A DNA stretch of 51,722 nucleotides, counting the filler, from Nitrospinota bacterium (GTDB taxonomy: Bacteria; JADFOP01): the NCBI GenBank assembly GCA_022562795.1. It is 3 parts of 3 records of this genome, joined end to end, with 100 filler letters (N's around TTAATTAATTAA, not from the genome) between each part and the next. Parts side by side here need not be neighbours in the genome. Positions count along the whole stretch, not along the records: positions 1 to 17,423 come from JADFOP010000043.1; 2 more parts are not named here. One strand, 5' to 3'. The notes beneath the pieces were generated by a model, which was given only the letters and a program-made list of their open reading frames with translations, did no database searches and was not told the origin of the DNA. Below, piece after piece: positions 1 to 9,027 of this stretch. Every line of letters begins with the position of its first letter. Within the stretch, counting starts at the first letter, position 1. Both the position numbers and the translations under genes were made by a program.

Positions 1-375
1 GAGAAGCTCCTGGAGAAGTTGGTGGCCGAGGAGGTCCAGATCACCGACGCCACCCAGATGGTGGCCTACATTGCTATTGTCAACACCTTGGCGTGCTCTG
101 GAAGGCGAACCGCTCGTTGTTGATAAGCCTCAAGTCCCGAGATTGGGAGGTGCAGGTCGAGGCCGGCGCGTACCGCTCTGAGGGGCGCTACGAGAGGGTG
201 AGCGAAGACGAGCGGCGGGCCAAGCTGCTGGAGCTTGTGGACGATGCCCGCCGTCTGGTGGCCTTCGTGGAACCAAGAGGCAAGAAGATGGAGGTGCTAA
301 GGCGCATCCTCCAGGAGCGGGTGGAGGAAGACGCTACCGGTGAGGTGACCGTGCGCAAGGCCATTGGGTGCACCA
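1..375 (+). mobile_element. Degraded transposase fragment, probably IS1182/IS5-like DDE family; 5' end outside the window
   Basis: Frame 1 reads EKLLEKLVAEEVQITDATQMVAYIAIVNTL, a DAT-type first catalytic Asp context. It frameshifts near 92 into LWKANRSLL...MEVLRRILQERVEEDATGEV and breaks off with no downstream catalytic domain. The right boundary is approximate. Confidence 0.5.
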
Positions 376-517
376 CGGCCAATGTGGCTGCCCATTTTAT
401 GATATTGATGAGAAGCTCTGGTGGGGAACCTGAGCGGCCAGCTTACTTCTACTGGACCAAGTGTCCGGGAAGCTGGCAACCAGAACATATAAAGCCCAGG
501 ACCTTCCCGGTTCTTAA

Positions 518-982
518 TCAATGTGACTCCTGTGGCTGATCGGCTTGCTTCTTGCGCCTCTCAATGGCATAGCTTATTGAACGCTTCAGTTTCTTCTTGT
601 GCCTCTCAATGGCATAGCGAATTGAACGCTCCAGTGAGGTGGAGTTCATGTTATTCTTATTCAAGTAGTCTTGCGCGCCTGCCTTCATCGCCTCCATGTC
701 CACTTCCCGGTCTCCTTGTCCGGTCAACAAAATCATCGGTGCCTTGCATCCCAGCTCAAGGGACTCGCGCAAGAGGTCAAGCCCAGTTCGCGCACCAAGG
801 CGGTAGTCGAGAAGATAGACGTCGTGCTCTTGCTGCCGAATCTTCTCCAGGGCGACATCATACGTGTCCACCCATTCCAGATCGAAGTGCCACCCCTCAA
901 TTTCTGAGAGCAAATTACGGGTTATCACATGGTCGTCATCGTCATCATCGACGAGCAATATTTTGATGCGGTCGTTGTCCAT
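518..982 (-). CDS. Response regulator (receiver domain with short duplicated C-terminal helix)
   Basis: ILLVDDDDDD...YLLDYRL...ILLTG...AQDYLNK. The ATG at 982 lies 1 nt after the stop of the upstream regulator. Confidence 0.85.
   Translation of the reverse strand: MDNDRIKILLVDDDDDDHVITRNLLSEIEGWHFDLEWVDTYDVALEKIRQQEHDVYLLDYRLGARTGLDLLRESLELGCKAPMILLTGQGDREVDMEAMKAGAQDYLNKNNMNSTSLERSIRYAIERHKKKLKRSISYAIERRKKQADQPQESH
548..637. repeat. Imperfect 45-nt tandem duplication, in frame within the response regulator
   Basis: cttcttgcgcctctcaatggcatagcttattgaacgcttcagttt (548-592) versus cttcttgtgcctctcaatggcatagcgaattgaacgctccagtga (593-637). Confidence 0.9.
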
Positions 983-983
983 C

Positions 984-1445
984 TCAGCCTCCTTCCCGAG
1001 CAATAGGAAGCTCGACAATTTCGAACCAATAGTTTCTCAGGGACTTCAAAACCTCCGACAGGCCCTCCAACGAGACCGGCTTGGTAATGAATCCGCTGAC
1101 ACCCAAATTGTAGCTGTGAAAGATGTCTTCCTCCTCCTTCGATGTCGTAAACACGATGATAGGGATTTTCCGCAGATCAGGGTCGGCCTTGATCTCCTGC
1201 AGCGCCTCAAACCCATTTTTTTTCGGCATGTTCAGATCGAGCAGGATTAGACCGGGGCGAGGCGCGCTGCCTTCATTTGCATATTTGCCGCGACTGTAGA
1301 GATAGTCCATCAGTTCTATGCCATCCTCGACGAATCGTAGCCCGTTAGCTAACCGACTATCTTCCCACGCTTCCTTCACCAACAAGCGGTCATCGTCGTC
1401 GTCATCGGCAATCAGGATCGTGATTGGTTTTAGGCGTTTGCTCAT
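984..1445 (-). CDS. Single-domain response regulator (Rcp1-like)
   Basis: ILIADDDDDD...PGLILLDLNMP...IIVFTTS...FITKP...YWFEIVELP, typical of receivers paired with Cph1-type kinases. The start overlaps the kinase stop. Confidence 0.9.
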   Translation of the reverse strand: MSKRLKPITILIADDDDDDRLLVKEAWEDSRLANGLRFVEDGIELMDYLYSRGKYANEGSAPRPGLILLDLNMPKKNGFEALQEIKADPDLRKIPIIVFTTSKEEEDIFHSYNLGVSGFITKPVSLEGLSEVLKSLRNYWFEIVELPIAREGG

Positions 1446-3427
1446 TGTCCGTTTTCTCCTTGTTTTTGTTTGACGGGCAGCGTAACGATAAATGTCGCTC
1501 CCTCTCCGGGGGCGCTCTTTGCTGTAATACTTCCACCATGGCGCTCGGCAATCTTACGGCAAACCGACAGGCCGATTCCTGAACCCTCGTACTCTTTGCG
1601 ACCGTGAAGGCGCTGAAAAACGCCGAAGATGCGGTCTGCATATCCCTCGTCGAACCCGATGCCGTTGTCTTCCACAATGATTTGACAACGCTCAACGGCT
1701 TGAGAACCCCCGCCCCCATGCCCGTCTTGATCGTTACAAAGTGTGCCATGGACCTTCACGACTGGAGCCTCATTCTCCCGATGGAACTTTAGCCCATTGC
1801 CGATAAGATTCAGAAATAGTTGGCGCATTTGTGTAGGGTCGGCGTCAATGGTCGGCAGATCGCCCACTTCCACATTTCCTCCTATCTGCCCAATGCGCAC
1901 TTCCAAATCGGACACCACCTCTCGTGCCGCCTTGGCGAGGTCGACTGGAACGTAAGGCTCGGCCGTGGTCGTCACCCGCGAGAAGGCTAGCAGAGAGTTG
2001 ATCAAGCCCTGCATTCGTTCCGTTGCATTCAGCATTCGCGCCAGGTAGTCTCTGCCCTCGTCGCTTAGGTCCTCGCCACATTTCGCCTCCAGCCTGCTGG
2101 AGAATGCCTGAACCTTACGTAGGGGCTCCTGAAGGTCGTGGGAGGCGACCCTAGAGAATTCTTCCAGCTCGGCATTGGAGCGCGCCAACTCGGCGCTGAG
2201 CTTTTCCAGGTGATCGCGCTGTTTACTCAATTTCTCCTCGGCCCCCTTGCGCTCGGCGATTTCGGTTCCAAGTGCTTTAACGGTCTTCCCCAACTCGGCG
2301 GTGCGCCCTGCCACGAGTTCTTCCAGATGGTCCCGGTGCTTTCTTAATTCCTCCTCCACCTGCTTGCGCTCGCGCAAGTCCTTGTTGAACCCCACGGTGC
2401 CGGCCTTTTGACCATCCTCGTCATAGAGCAAGGAGGCAGAGATCAAAACGGGGATGAGGCTGCCGTCCTTCGCCTGCAAGGTGGTCTCGAAGGCCGAGAC
2501 CGTCCCGCCGCCTTCACGCATCCGGTGCATTACCTCTTTTGCCCGTTCCTCGCTCTCGTAGAGCTTTACGACGTATCGGCCTATGACCTCTTCGCGCCGG
2601 TAGCCCAATAGGGCCTCGGCGCCTGAGTTGAAGAAGACCACATTCCCATCCCTGTCAGTTGCGATGATTGCGTCCGTGGAACTCTCGATGAGGCTTTCAA
2701 GATGCTGCTTAGCCTGGTGAATCTCCTTTTTGGATTCACTAATGACCTCCTCGGTCTCGGCCATTTTAAATGCCATTAAAATAATGGTGCCCATAAGGCC
2801 AAACCCTACCACGAACAGGAAGGTAGAAAAGCGCGCCGCCAGCCTATTAACAATTCGCATTTTGTTTGTGATGTTGTAAGAAATCTCAAGTGCGCCAACA
2901 AGACTATTATCTCTCATTATTGGAACGATCGTTTCCACTATATAAACGGTCCTTGTCTGACCGTCAGAAAGTCTCACGTCTTTTCGCAATAAATTTGTTT
3001 GAGCAATCCCTTTGCCTATAATTTCGTCGAAGTATTTTTCTCGATCAGGTTCTCCTATTTCTATGGTCCTATAAGAATATATAGTCTCTCCTGACTTTGT
3101 GTAAATTTTCACATTCATCAGGGTAAGTCTTTGTTCTATAAGTTTTTTTTCTAAACGTTTAACTTGGCTTTGAAGATCACGTTGCATGTCGTCACTTTCC
3201 AATTCTCCCTTGCTTAAACCCAGTGTCAACGCCATGTCAAATGCTAACCGTTGCGCTTCATTTTTAATGCCATCAACTATAGACCTAGTCATTACAGGAT
3301 AGATGACATTAATAGCGATTACTGGATATATTATTATTGCCAGTATAGATAAGATGAGAATGTTTCTTAAGAGTTTATTCTTAACAAAGATATCCAGGTT
3401 TGCTATTATTTTGCGTAATTTTTGCAT
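1442..3427 (-). CDS. Membrane sensor histidine kinase (2 TM, periplasmic domain, PAS, HisKA, HATPase)
   Basis: H-box ASHDLQEPLRK, N-box NLIGNGLKF, G-boxes DNGIGF and GSGIGL, PAS segment LIESSTDAIIATD...FNSGAEALLGY. Confidence 0.92.
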   Translation of the reverse strand: MQKLRKIIANLDIFVKNKLLRNILILSILAIIIYPVIAINVIYPVMTRSIVDGIKNEAQRLAFDMALTLGLSKGELESDDMQRDLQSQVKRLEKKLIEQRLTLMNVKIYTKSGETIYSYRTIEIGEPDREKYFDEIIGKGIAQTNLLRKDVRLSDGQTRTVYIVETIVPIMRDNSLVGALEISYNITNKMRIVNRLAARFSTFLFVVGFGLMGTIILMAFKMAETEEVISESKKEIHQAKQHLESLIESSTDAIIATDRDGNVVFFNSGAEALLGYRREEVIGRYVVKLYESEERAKEVMHRMREGGGTVSAFETTLQAKDGSLIPVLISASLLYDEDGQKAGTVGFNKDLRERKQVEEELRKHRDHLEELVAGRTAELGKTVKALGTEIAERKGAEEKLSKQRDHLEKLSAELARSNAELEEFSRVASHDLQEPLRKVQAFSSRLEAKCGEDLSDEGRDYLARMLNATERMQGLINSLLAFSRVTTTAEPYVPVDLAKAAREVVSDLEVRIGQIGGNVEVGDLPTIDADPTQMRQLFLNLIGNGLKFHRENEAPVVKVHGTLCNDQDGHGGGGSQAVERCQIIVEDNGIGFDEGYADRIFGVFQRLHGRKEYEGSGIGLSVCRKIAERHGGSITAKSAPGEGATFIVTLPVKQKQGENGQ

Positions 3428-3448
3428 CGCACACTTCTTCCTAAGACC

Positions 3449-3850
3449 TCAGCCAAATGATCCAGTGGTGTTGAGCGAAGGCTTGCCTGGACGGTAGGAG
3501 GTGAGGCTGACGGAGAAGGCGGTCCCTGCGAGGCAGACCACCGCCATGCCTACTTGTCGTGCTGTTTCAATCAGTTCGTGGTGGGTCGATACCAGCTCCG
3601 CCGTCCGTTCCTCAACCCGGCGCTCCAAGTCTCGATCTCGAAGGTAGCCCAAGACCACTCTGGCCGTCTCGCCCACGTTGATCTCCACCTTCAGGAGGGC
3701 CTCTTCAAGGGGCTCCTCAACGTTGGCCAACTGCAGCACATCTCGGTTGATGCGTTTGACCGCCCAGTAGGAGACAAAACCGGTAAGGACCAGAATAAAG
3801 ATCAGGGCCCCAAAGATTAAGGCTAGCTTCCGTCCAATGGTTAATTTCAT
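3449..3850 (-). pseudogene. Internally deleted sensor kinase remnant
   Basis: MKLTIGRKLALIFG-TM and the start of a four-helix sensor run directly into LERRVEERTAEL...TARQVGMA (pre-HisKA helix), then into unrelated sequence. No second TM and no H-box. Confidence 0.6.
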
Positions 3851-3995
3851 CAGCTCTCTCTGCCAACCAAGGGCTTCAAAACCGCCCCCCTGGCCCCTAT
3901 TCGTACTTCTTGAGCAAACTGTTGGATATGGCCATCCAGTCCCAAGACCCTTAAACCCAATGAAAGCGGAGCAAGTCAAAGGGTTCCTTAATTAC

Positions 3996-4022
3996 TTATC
4001 GTTCGGTTGAATTACAAATTAA
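3996..4022 (-). promoter_or_regulatory. Candidate sigma-28 (FliA) promoter
   Basis: Minus strand TTAA-N15-AACGATAA versus consensus TAAA-N15-GCCGATAA, upstream of the kinase/regulator block. fliA is nearby. Confidence 0.35.
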
Positions 4023-4258
4023 GTTCCTTGGTAGCTTTTTCCCTGCCCTTTACACTGAGCAACGTGCAATAGCTCCCCCAGGGCCTCAGAGCAACCCTGG
4101 CCCGGCCCCGGCACGTCTAGCACCATCTCGAATGCCTTGTAGTCGGGGTTTGAAAAGTTGGCGATGTTGCTGACAATCTGGAGGTGCTTCTGGGCCCTCA
4201 GTTTGAGGTTCTGCTCCAATAAGTTCAGGCTCTTGAGGCCCTGCAAAATACTCTTCAC
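4019..4258 (-). pseudogene. flgB: Flagellar basal-body rod protein FlgB, N-terminal fragment
   Basis: LEQNLKLRAQKHLQIVSNIANFSNPDYKAFEM matches the FlgB signature R..VI..NIAN.DTP.YKA.D. The conserved C-terminal DGN.VD part is absent. Probable GTG start at 4258. Confidence 0.7.
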
Positions 4259-4478
4259 CGCTTTTTTGTCCCTTTTCAAGAAACGCCATAGCCGTAAGGT
4301 GCATACCACCGGATATTCCCCGGGGGCTTAACGTAGAGATCGGCGATCTCTGGAGTAAAGGCAGTAACAACAAGCGCTTACAAAGATGAGAGGTTTTTGG
4401 TGTCAAGGCTGAAATTACTCTGAAGGGGTACGAGTGGGAAGATTTTACCTACCAGGGAGAATTTTCCAGCGTCCTTAC

Positions 4479-5150
4479 CTACCCCTTGCTGGCTAGGTGG
4501 TCCTTGTCCGAGGCTTTGGTGATTGAAGGGGGGTCCACACGGTAGTCTTCGAACGTCCAAACCTCATAGGCTTCGGAGGAGGTAGCGTCAAACCGCTCAA
4601 TCCGAGTCGGAAGCCACTGACGCCGGTCCACGACTATGATGACCCGCTGGCCTAAAGAGCGGTTGACCATTGTCAGGGCCCAAACGGGCCAATCAGCTGA
4701 ATCAACCACTCTTAGACCAGTAGCCTCCCAGCCAGGACCATCAAGCTGACCAATTATGGCCTCTAAGTGGGTCTCGTAGATCCTACGGTCGCCTCTTAAC
4801 TCGTCGGCGTCGATAAAAATGGGCATAGGCAGGTGAGGGAACTTCACTTTTACCATGTGGTCTGAGGCCGTATAGAGGGCCTCAACCCCCGCCTTCTCAC
4901 CTTCCAGGAAACGGATGCGGATGTTATGCGAAGGGCCCCACAATTCATAGCGGACTAAGCTCTGCTTGAGGCTACCCCCACTCTTTTTCGTGTGTCGGAT
5001 GGTCACAGCGTATCCTGTCAAGTCCTGGATTCTCTGCCGGAGCGTCGCCAAAACCTCCCCGGTGCTCGTCTTCATTGTCCCGGCATGAAGAGGAGTCGAG
5101 AGGAAAGCGACGAGGGAAAGTGCCAGGAGAGTCCTTGCAACGGTTCTCAT
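4479..5150 (-). CDS. Secreted protein, probable LolA-like / outer-membrane lipoprotein-sorting fold
   Basis: Signal peptide (RTLLALSLVAFLSTPLHA) and C-terminal IVVDRRQWLPTRIERFD...WTFEDYRVDP, typical of LolA-like folds. Confidence 0.55.
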   Translation of the reverse strand: MRTVARTLLALSLVAFLSTPLHAGTMKTSTGEVLATLRQRIQDLTGYAVTIRHTKKSGGSLKQSLVRYELWGPSHNIRIRFLEGEKAGVEALYTASDHMVKVKFPHLPMPIFIDADELRGDRRIYETHLEAIIGQLDGPGWEATGLRVVDSADWPVWALTMVNRSLGQRVIIVVDRRQWLPTRIERFDATSSEAYEVWTFEDYRVDPPSITKASDKDHLASKG

Positions 5151-5176
5151 GCTTCGCTCCATAGCTCTACACTCAA

Positions 5177-6667
5177 TTAAGAAGAAGACTTCGGGGAACC
5201 GTTACTTTCGCGTAAGCCCTCTGGCTGAGGGGCCGTCCGTTCTAGGCCTATCTTTTTCACTTTCTCCACCAGGGTCGTCCGTTTTATGTTCAAGAGCTTG
5301 GCCGCCCGGGTTTTAACCCAGTTACACCTATCCAGGGCCTGGACGATTAAACCGCTCTCTAACTCCTCCACCATACTATTCAGGCATACACCCTGATCGG
5401 GTACGGACGGGATGGCAAAAGACTTGGTAGTTTTGCGGGCGTGGAAGCTTTCAGGAAGATCGGCCGGCATAATGATGCCAGAGCCCTTTAGCACCACCAA
5501 TCTCTCCATAAGGTTCTTCAGCTCCCTGACGTTACCCGGCCAGGGGTACTCCAGCATGAGTTGAGCGGCCGCAGGCGAAAACCCCTCTACGGAACCGAGC
5601 TTGGTCCTGTTGGCAACGTCAAGATAATACTGCGTCAGGACTTGGATGTCCTCAGGTCGCTCTCGAAGGGCCGGCAGATCAATAGGAATGACATTAAGCC
5701 GGTAGTAGAGGTCCAAACGGAATCGCCCCTCGTCCACCTCTTTCTGAAGGTCTCTGTTGGTCGCGGCCAAGATACGGAAATCGGCCGAGATGGTTTTCTC
5801 TCCTCCCACCCGCTCGAACTTCCTATCCTGCAGGACTCGGAGGAGCTTGAGCTGGAGGTGCAGCGGGATGTCTCCCACCTCATCAAGGAAGATGGTCCCG
5901 CCGTCAGCAAGCTCGAACCGGCCAACCCTGGTCCGGTGAGCCCCCGTAAAGGCGCCCTTTTCGTGACCAAAGAACTCGCTTTCGAGGAGCGTCTCCGGAA
6001 TGGCCCCACAATGGACGACCACGAAAGGCTTCGAACTCCTGTTACTGAGCCGATGAAGGGTCTTGGCCACTAGCTCCTTGCCCGTCCCGCTCTCGCCGGA
6101 GACGAGTACAGTGCTGTCGCTGGCCGCGACCTTATCGATCAGCTCCATCACCCGGACCATCTTAAGGCTGGAGCTGATGATGAGCCTATCAGATATGTCA
6201 GCCCAGTCCCGTTCGGCCTGTAAGGCCTTGGAGCGTAAGCCCTCCTCGATAACCTTAAAGACCCGTTTGGGGCTGATTGGTTTTGGCAGAAAATCGTAGG
6301 CTCCAGCTTTAATGGCCTCCACGCTCTGCTCAATTGAGATGTAACCAGTTACCACGATGCCTATACAATCGGGCTGAACCCGCTTCATGTGCTCGACCAC
6401 CTCGATCCCGCTTTTTCCCGGCATTTTCAGGTCTGTGATTAAAACCCGATACGGTTTTGTGACAAGCATTTTGCACGCCTGGGAGCCGTTCTCGGCAACC
6501 GTCGTAGGATACCCATTTTCCTCTAAAAGGTCTTGGAGCCACTTCAGGTGCTGTGGTTCGTCGTCCACAATTAAGACGCTCTTGGAGCCCGATTCGGCCT
6601 CGGACCCGCCACGTTCAGCGCCAACCAGGTTCCTCTCTCTCGCAGTCCCTACTCCAGCTCTGGTCAT
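5177..6667 (-). CDS. Sigma-54-dependent response regulator, FleQ/FlrA-like
   Basis: REC, AAA+ ([20 protein letters not shown]) and Fis HTH ending AAKLLNIKRTTLVEKVKK. The RTTLVEK tail is characteristic of FleQ/FlrA, and the context is flagellar. Confidence 0.85.
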   Translation of the reverse strand: MTRAGVGTARERNLVGAERGGSEAESGSKSVLIVDDEPQHLKWLQDLLEENGYPTTVAENGSQACKMLVTKPYRVLITDLKMPGKSGIEVVEHMKRVQPDCIGIVVTGYISIEQSVEAIKAGAYDFLPKPISPKRVFKVIEEGLRSKALQAERDWADISDRLIISSSLKMVRVMELIDKVAASDSTVLVSGESGTGKELVAKTLHRLSNRSSKPFVVVHCGAIPETLLESEFFGHEKGAFTGAHRTRVGRFELADGGTIFLDEVGDIPLHLQLKLLRVLQDRKFERVGGEKTISADFRILAATNRDLQKEVDEGRFRLDLYYRLNVIPIDLPALRERPEDIQVLTQYYLDVANRTKLGSVEGFSPAAAQLMLEYPWPGNVRELKNLMERLVVLKGSGIIMPADLPESFHARKTTKSFAIPSVPDQGVCLNSMVEELESGLIVQALDRCNWVKTRAAKLLNIKRTTLVEKVKKIGLERTAPQPEGLRESNGSPKSSS

Positions 6668-7054
6668 CAGCAATAACCCTCATCTACTAGAAAGTGAACT
6701 CCACCTGGACCCCACCGCCTGAGGCGATTCCTCAGAGACCCCATCTTCTCTAAGGCCCAAGTCCCATCCTAGGCCCGGCACAAGTAAAAGACAATCCGAC
6801 AAGCGAAGCCGTTCTCGGCCTCAAGCCTGAGCCTTAAGCTCATTAGGCCTGACTCTTGGACTCCCGGAGCTGTTTGGAAAGCTCGAACATGAAAACCCCG
6901 CTGTTGTCTTAAATTGCCCAGCCCTGAAATCCCGCTTCACAGCCTGGCCCTATCGGACAAAACCTGTATTTCTAAGCCCAAAGAGGGAATCGTAACAAAC
7001 GAGAGGGCTCCGGCTAAGAGCCCCGGTATCAATGTCTTGCTTGCGTTGGTTGAG

Positions 7055-7261
7055 CTAGTCATACACGTCAACCTTATTTCCTCCAACGCCGCCAGCGACC
7101 AAATCCTCATCTTCTGACACTTTCTCTCTCGGCTCCGAATCCTTCGACGGCGACTGGCTGATGACCACTTTTTCTTGGTCCTTTTCGAGGCTGGCCTCAG
7201 ACCCATCTGGTTTTTGGCAACTCGGCCTGGGCTGCCAACGCTTCGCCTGATCCCGCAACAT
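7055..7261 (-). CDS. Small hypothetical protein downstream of fliA
   Basis: 68-aa ORF ending GGNKVDVYD. The start is uncertain and the ORF may be frameshifted from the GTG at 7299. Confidence 0.3.
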   Translation of the reverse strand: MLRDQAKRWQPRPSCQKPDGSEASLEKDQEKVVISQSPSKDSEPREKVSEDEDLVAGGVGGNKVDVYD

Positions 7262-7299
7262 TCTGCCCCGCTCACCTGTAATGACGGGAAATGCTCCAC

Positions 7300-8016
7300 C
7301 TAGTCTCTCACCACTTTTTTCTCTTCCATGAGGACCGAGAGCCTCTGCCGGGCGGAGTGAAGGGCCTTTGAGTGAATCTGAGAGATCCGCGAGACGGTAA
7401 CCTCTAGGGCTTTGGAAATTACCTTCATGGAAAGCCCCTCGAAGTAGTAGAGGGACAGCACCAACCTCTCCCGTTGGGGCAGGTCCGCTATAGTCGTCGT
7501 AAGGTGCTTTCGCAGGTCCTCCTTTTCCAAATTATCAAACGGGTCAATGGCATGCTCATCCGCGATAGAGGCTATCCTTTCCGCTCCCTCTTCGTAGAGG
7601 CTCAGGGTGACGAGGTTATTGTTGTACCACAGGAGCTTGTCTACGTTTTCGAGCGTCTCGCCCGTAGCCTCGGCAAGCTCTTCTCGAGTTAAAGCACGGC
7701 ACTTTTGGGCCTCCAGTCGCCTCTCGACCTCCTTGAGCCTTTTGATTTTCTTCCTTTGGGAGGTAGGTACCCAATCTAACGACCTCAGGTAGTCCAGCAT
7801 CGCTCCCCAGACGCGAATTTCCGCGTAGGTCTTGAATTGAACATTGCGGCTAGGGTCATAACGCTCCAAGGCTTCCAAGAGCCCTATGACCCCGGTCTGG
7901 ACGAGGTCATCCAGCTCCACCGCTGGAGGCGTCCGCATTGCGAGTCGTCCTGCCATAAGCTTTATGATCGAGGCATATTCTGTTACCAGCTGCCTTTTCT
8001 GCTCGTCGGAAATCAT
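7300..8016 (-). CDS. fliA: RNA polymerase sigma factor FliA/WhiG (sigma-28)
   Basis: VELDDLVQTGVIGLLEALERYDPSRNVQFKTYAEIRVWGAMLDYLRSLDWVP and region 4 ERLVLSLYYFEGLSMKVI...SRISQIHSKAL. Confidence 0.93.
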   Translation of the reverse strand: MISDEQKRQLVTEYASIIKLMAGRLAMRTPPAVELDDLVQTGVIGLLEALERYDPSRNVQFKTYAEIRVWGAMLDYLRSLDWVPTSQRKKIKRLKEVERRLEAQKCRALTREELAEATGETLENVDKLLWYNNNLVTLSLYEEGAERIASIADEHAIDPFDNLEKEDLRKHLTTTIADLPQRERLVLSLYYFEGLSMKVISKALEVTVSRISQIHSKALHSARQRLSVLMEEKKVVRD

Positions 8017-8256
8017 TTATCTCATCAGCTCCCAATGTGGCGGGAGAAATGAGCGAGGCTCTTGAGGTATCCCATCGAGCAATAAACAGTCTGCCGCCAT
8101 GTGCTCCTACCTTTTGAAGCGACATTATTGCCTACCCCTGCGTCTTTTTTCCCACCTCACCCTGTCCTAGAAACACGAGGAATCCTTCACCTCCACCTTT
8201 CTCCGACAGGACGCGAGCCCAATCCCTCTGAGCCCGTCGCTAGTCCAACGCGTTTA

Positions 8257-8738
8257 TTAATAAGCATTTAGACCGCTCTCCCAATGCGCCTTTAGGATCA
8301 GGCCTGTTATCCGCTCCGGGGTCGCAACCTCCAAGTCCTCCGGAATCCGCTGGCCCGTCGAGACATACGAGATAGTACAGTTCAATTCCCATGCCAAATT
8401 CAGCATTGACCCAGGACGACTCCCTCGTCGACTTTGGTGAAAAGCACCCGATGGAAGGGGACTTCATAGAATCCCTTGGCCACGGCCTCCATTTCCTGCT
8501 CCCGGGTGGTCGCACTCAGCACCAGATGGACCTCCAAGGAGGGGATTCGGCGAAACGACCCTCGAAGGTGAGCTATGTGGTGCATGTCGCCTGGCCCCCT
8601 GCCCGGCGTATCTACGCAAATGAGGCTGGCGCGACCATATCGGTCGACGATGTCGGCTAGGTCTCGGTAATCGCGGGCCACCTCGACAGGGACGCCCAAG
8701 AGCTCCCCGTAGAGAGAAAGCTCCTCCACCGCACCCAC
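8257..8738 (-). pseudogene. flhF: FlhF SRP-type GTPase, C-terminal fragment with frameshift
   Basis: VGAVEELSLYG...CVDTPGRG...HLVLSATT...LFTKVDE. After a frameshift at the CCC run 8410-8412 it continues SMLNLAWELNCTISYVSTGQRIPEDLEVA to TAA at 8257-8259. The P-loop and N-terminus are missing. Confidence 0.85.
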
Positions 8739-9027
8739 CTGCTCCAACCGCGTGAAGTCCATATCCACCGAAACACGTACTATGGCCATGTTAGGCCCCA
8801 GGACCCGCTCTACCATCTCATGAATCCGCTGCTCCATGGGCCCCTCGTACCGACGGTGATACTGGAGCTGGGAGGTGCTCAGTAGGGCCGCATCGTCACC
8901 CTTTTCACCACCCGACAGGGCCCCCCTGATGGCCGACCACCACCAGCCCGACCAAAACCGTGAGGGCAATACGCTGGCCCCAGGATAGGCCAGCAAAGAG
9001 ACGAGCAAATGGTTCAAGAAAGCCCAT
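8739..9027 (-). pseudogene. fliF: FliF MS-ring protein remnant (N-terminal TM joined to an internal segment)
   Basis: The ATG overlaps the upstream stop (TGATG) and reads [30 protein letters not shown]. After a frameshift near 8921-8926 it reads LSTSQLQYHRRYEGPMEQRIHEMVERVLGPNMAIVRVSVDMDF, matching FliF. Confidence 0.8.

Noticed and set aside
6690-7060. Possible decayed gene between the fliA-downstream ORF and the fleQ-like gene
   Set aside because: Minus-strand frames are interrupted by stops and show no motif I can recognise.
8400-9017. 205-aa ORF as a novel functional FliF-FlhF fusion
   Set aside because: Its N-terminus is out of frame with the true fliF start, the FlhF P-loop is missing and the C-terminus is frameshifted, so it is a deletion scar.
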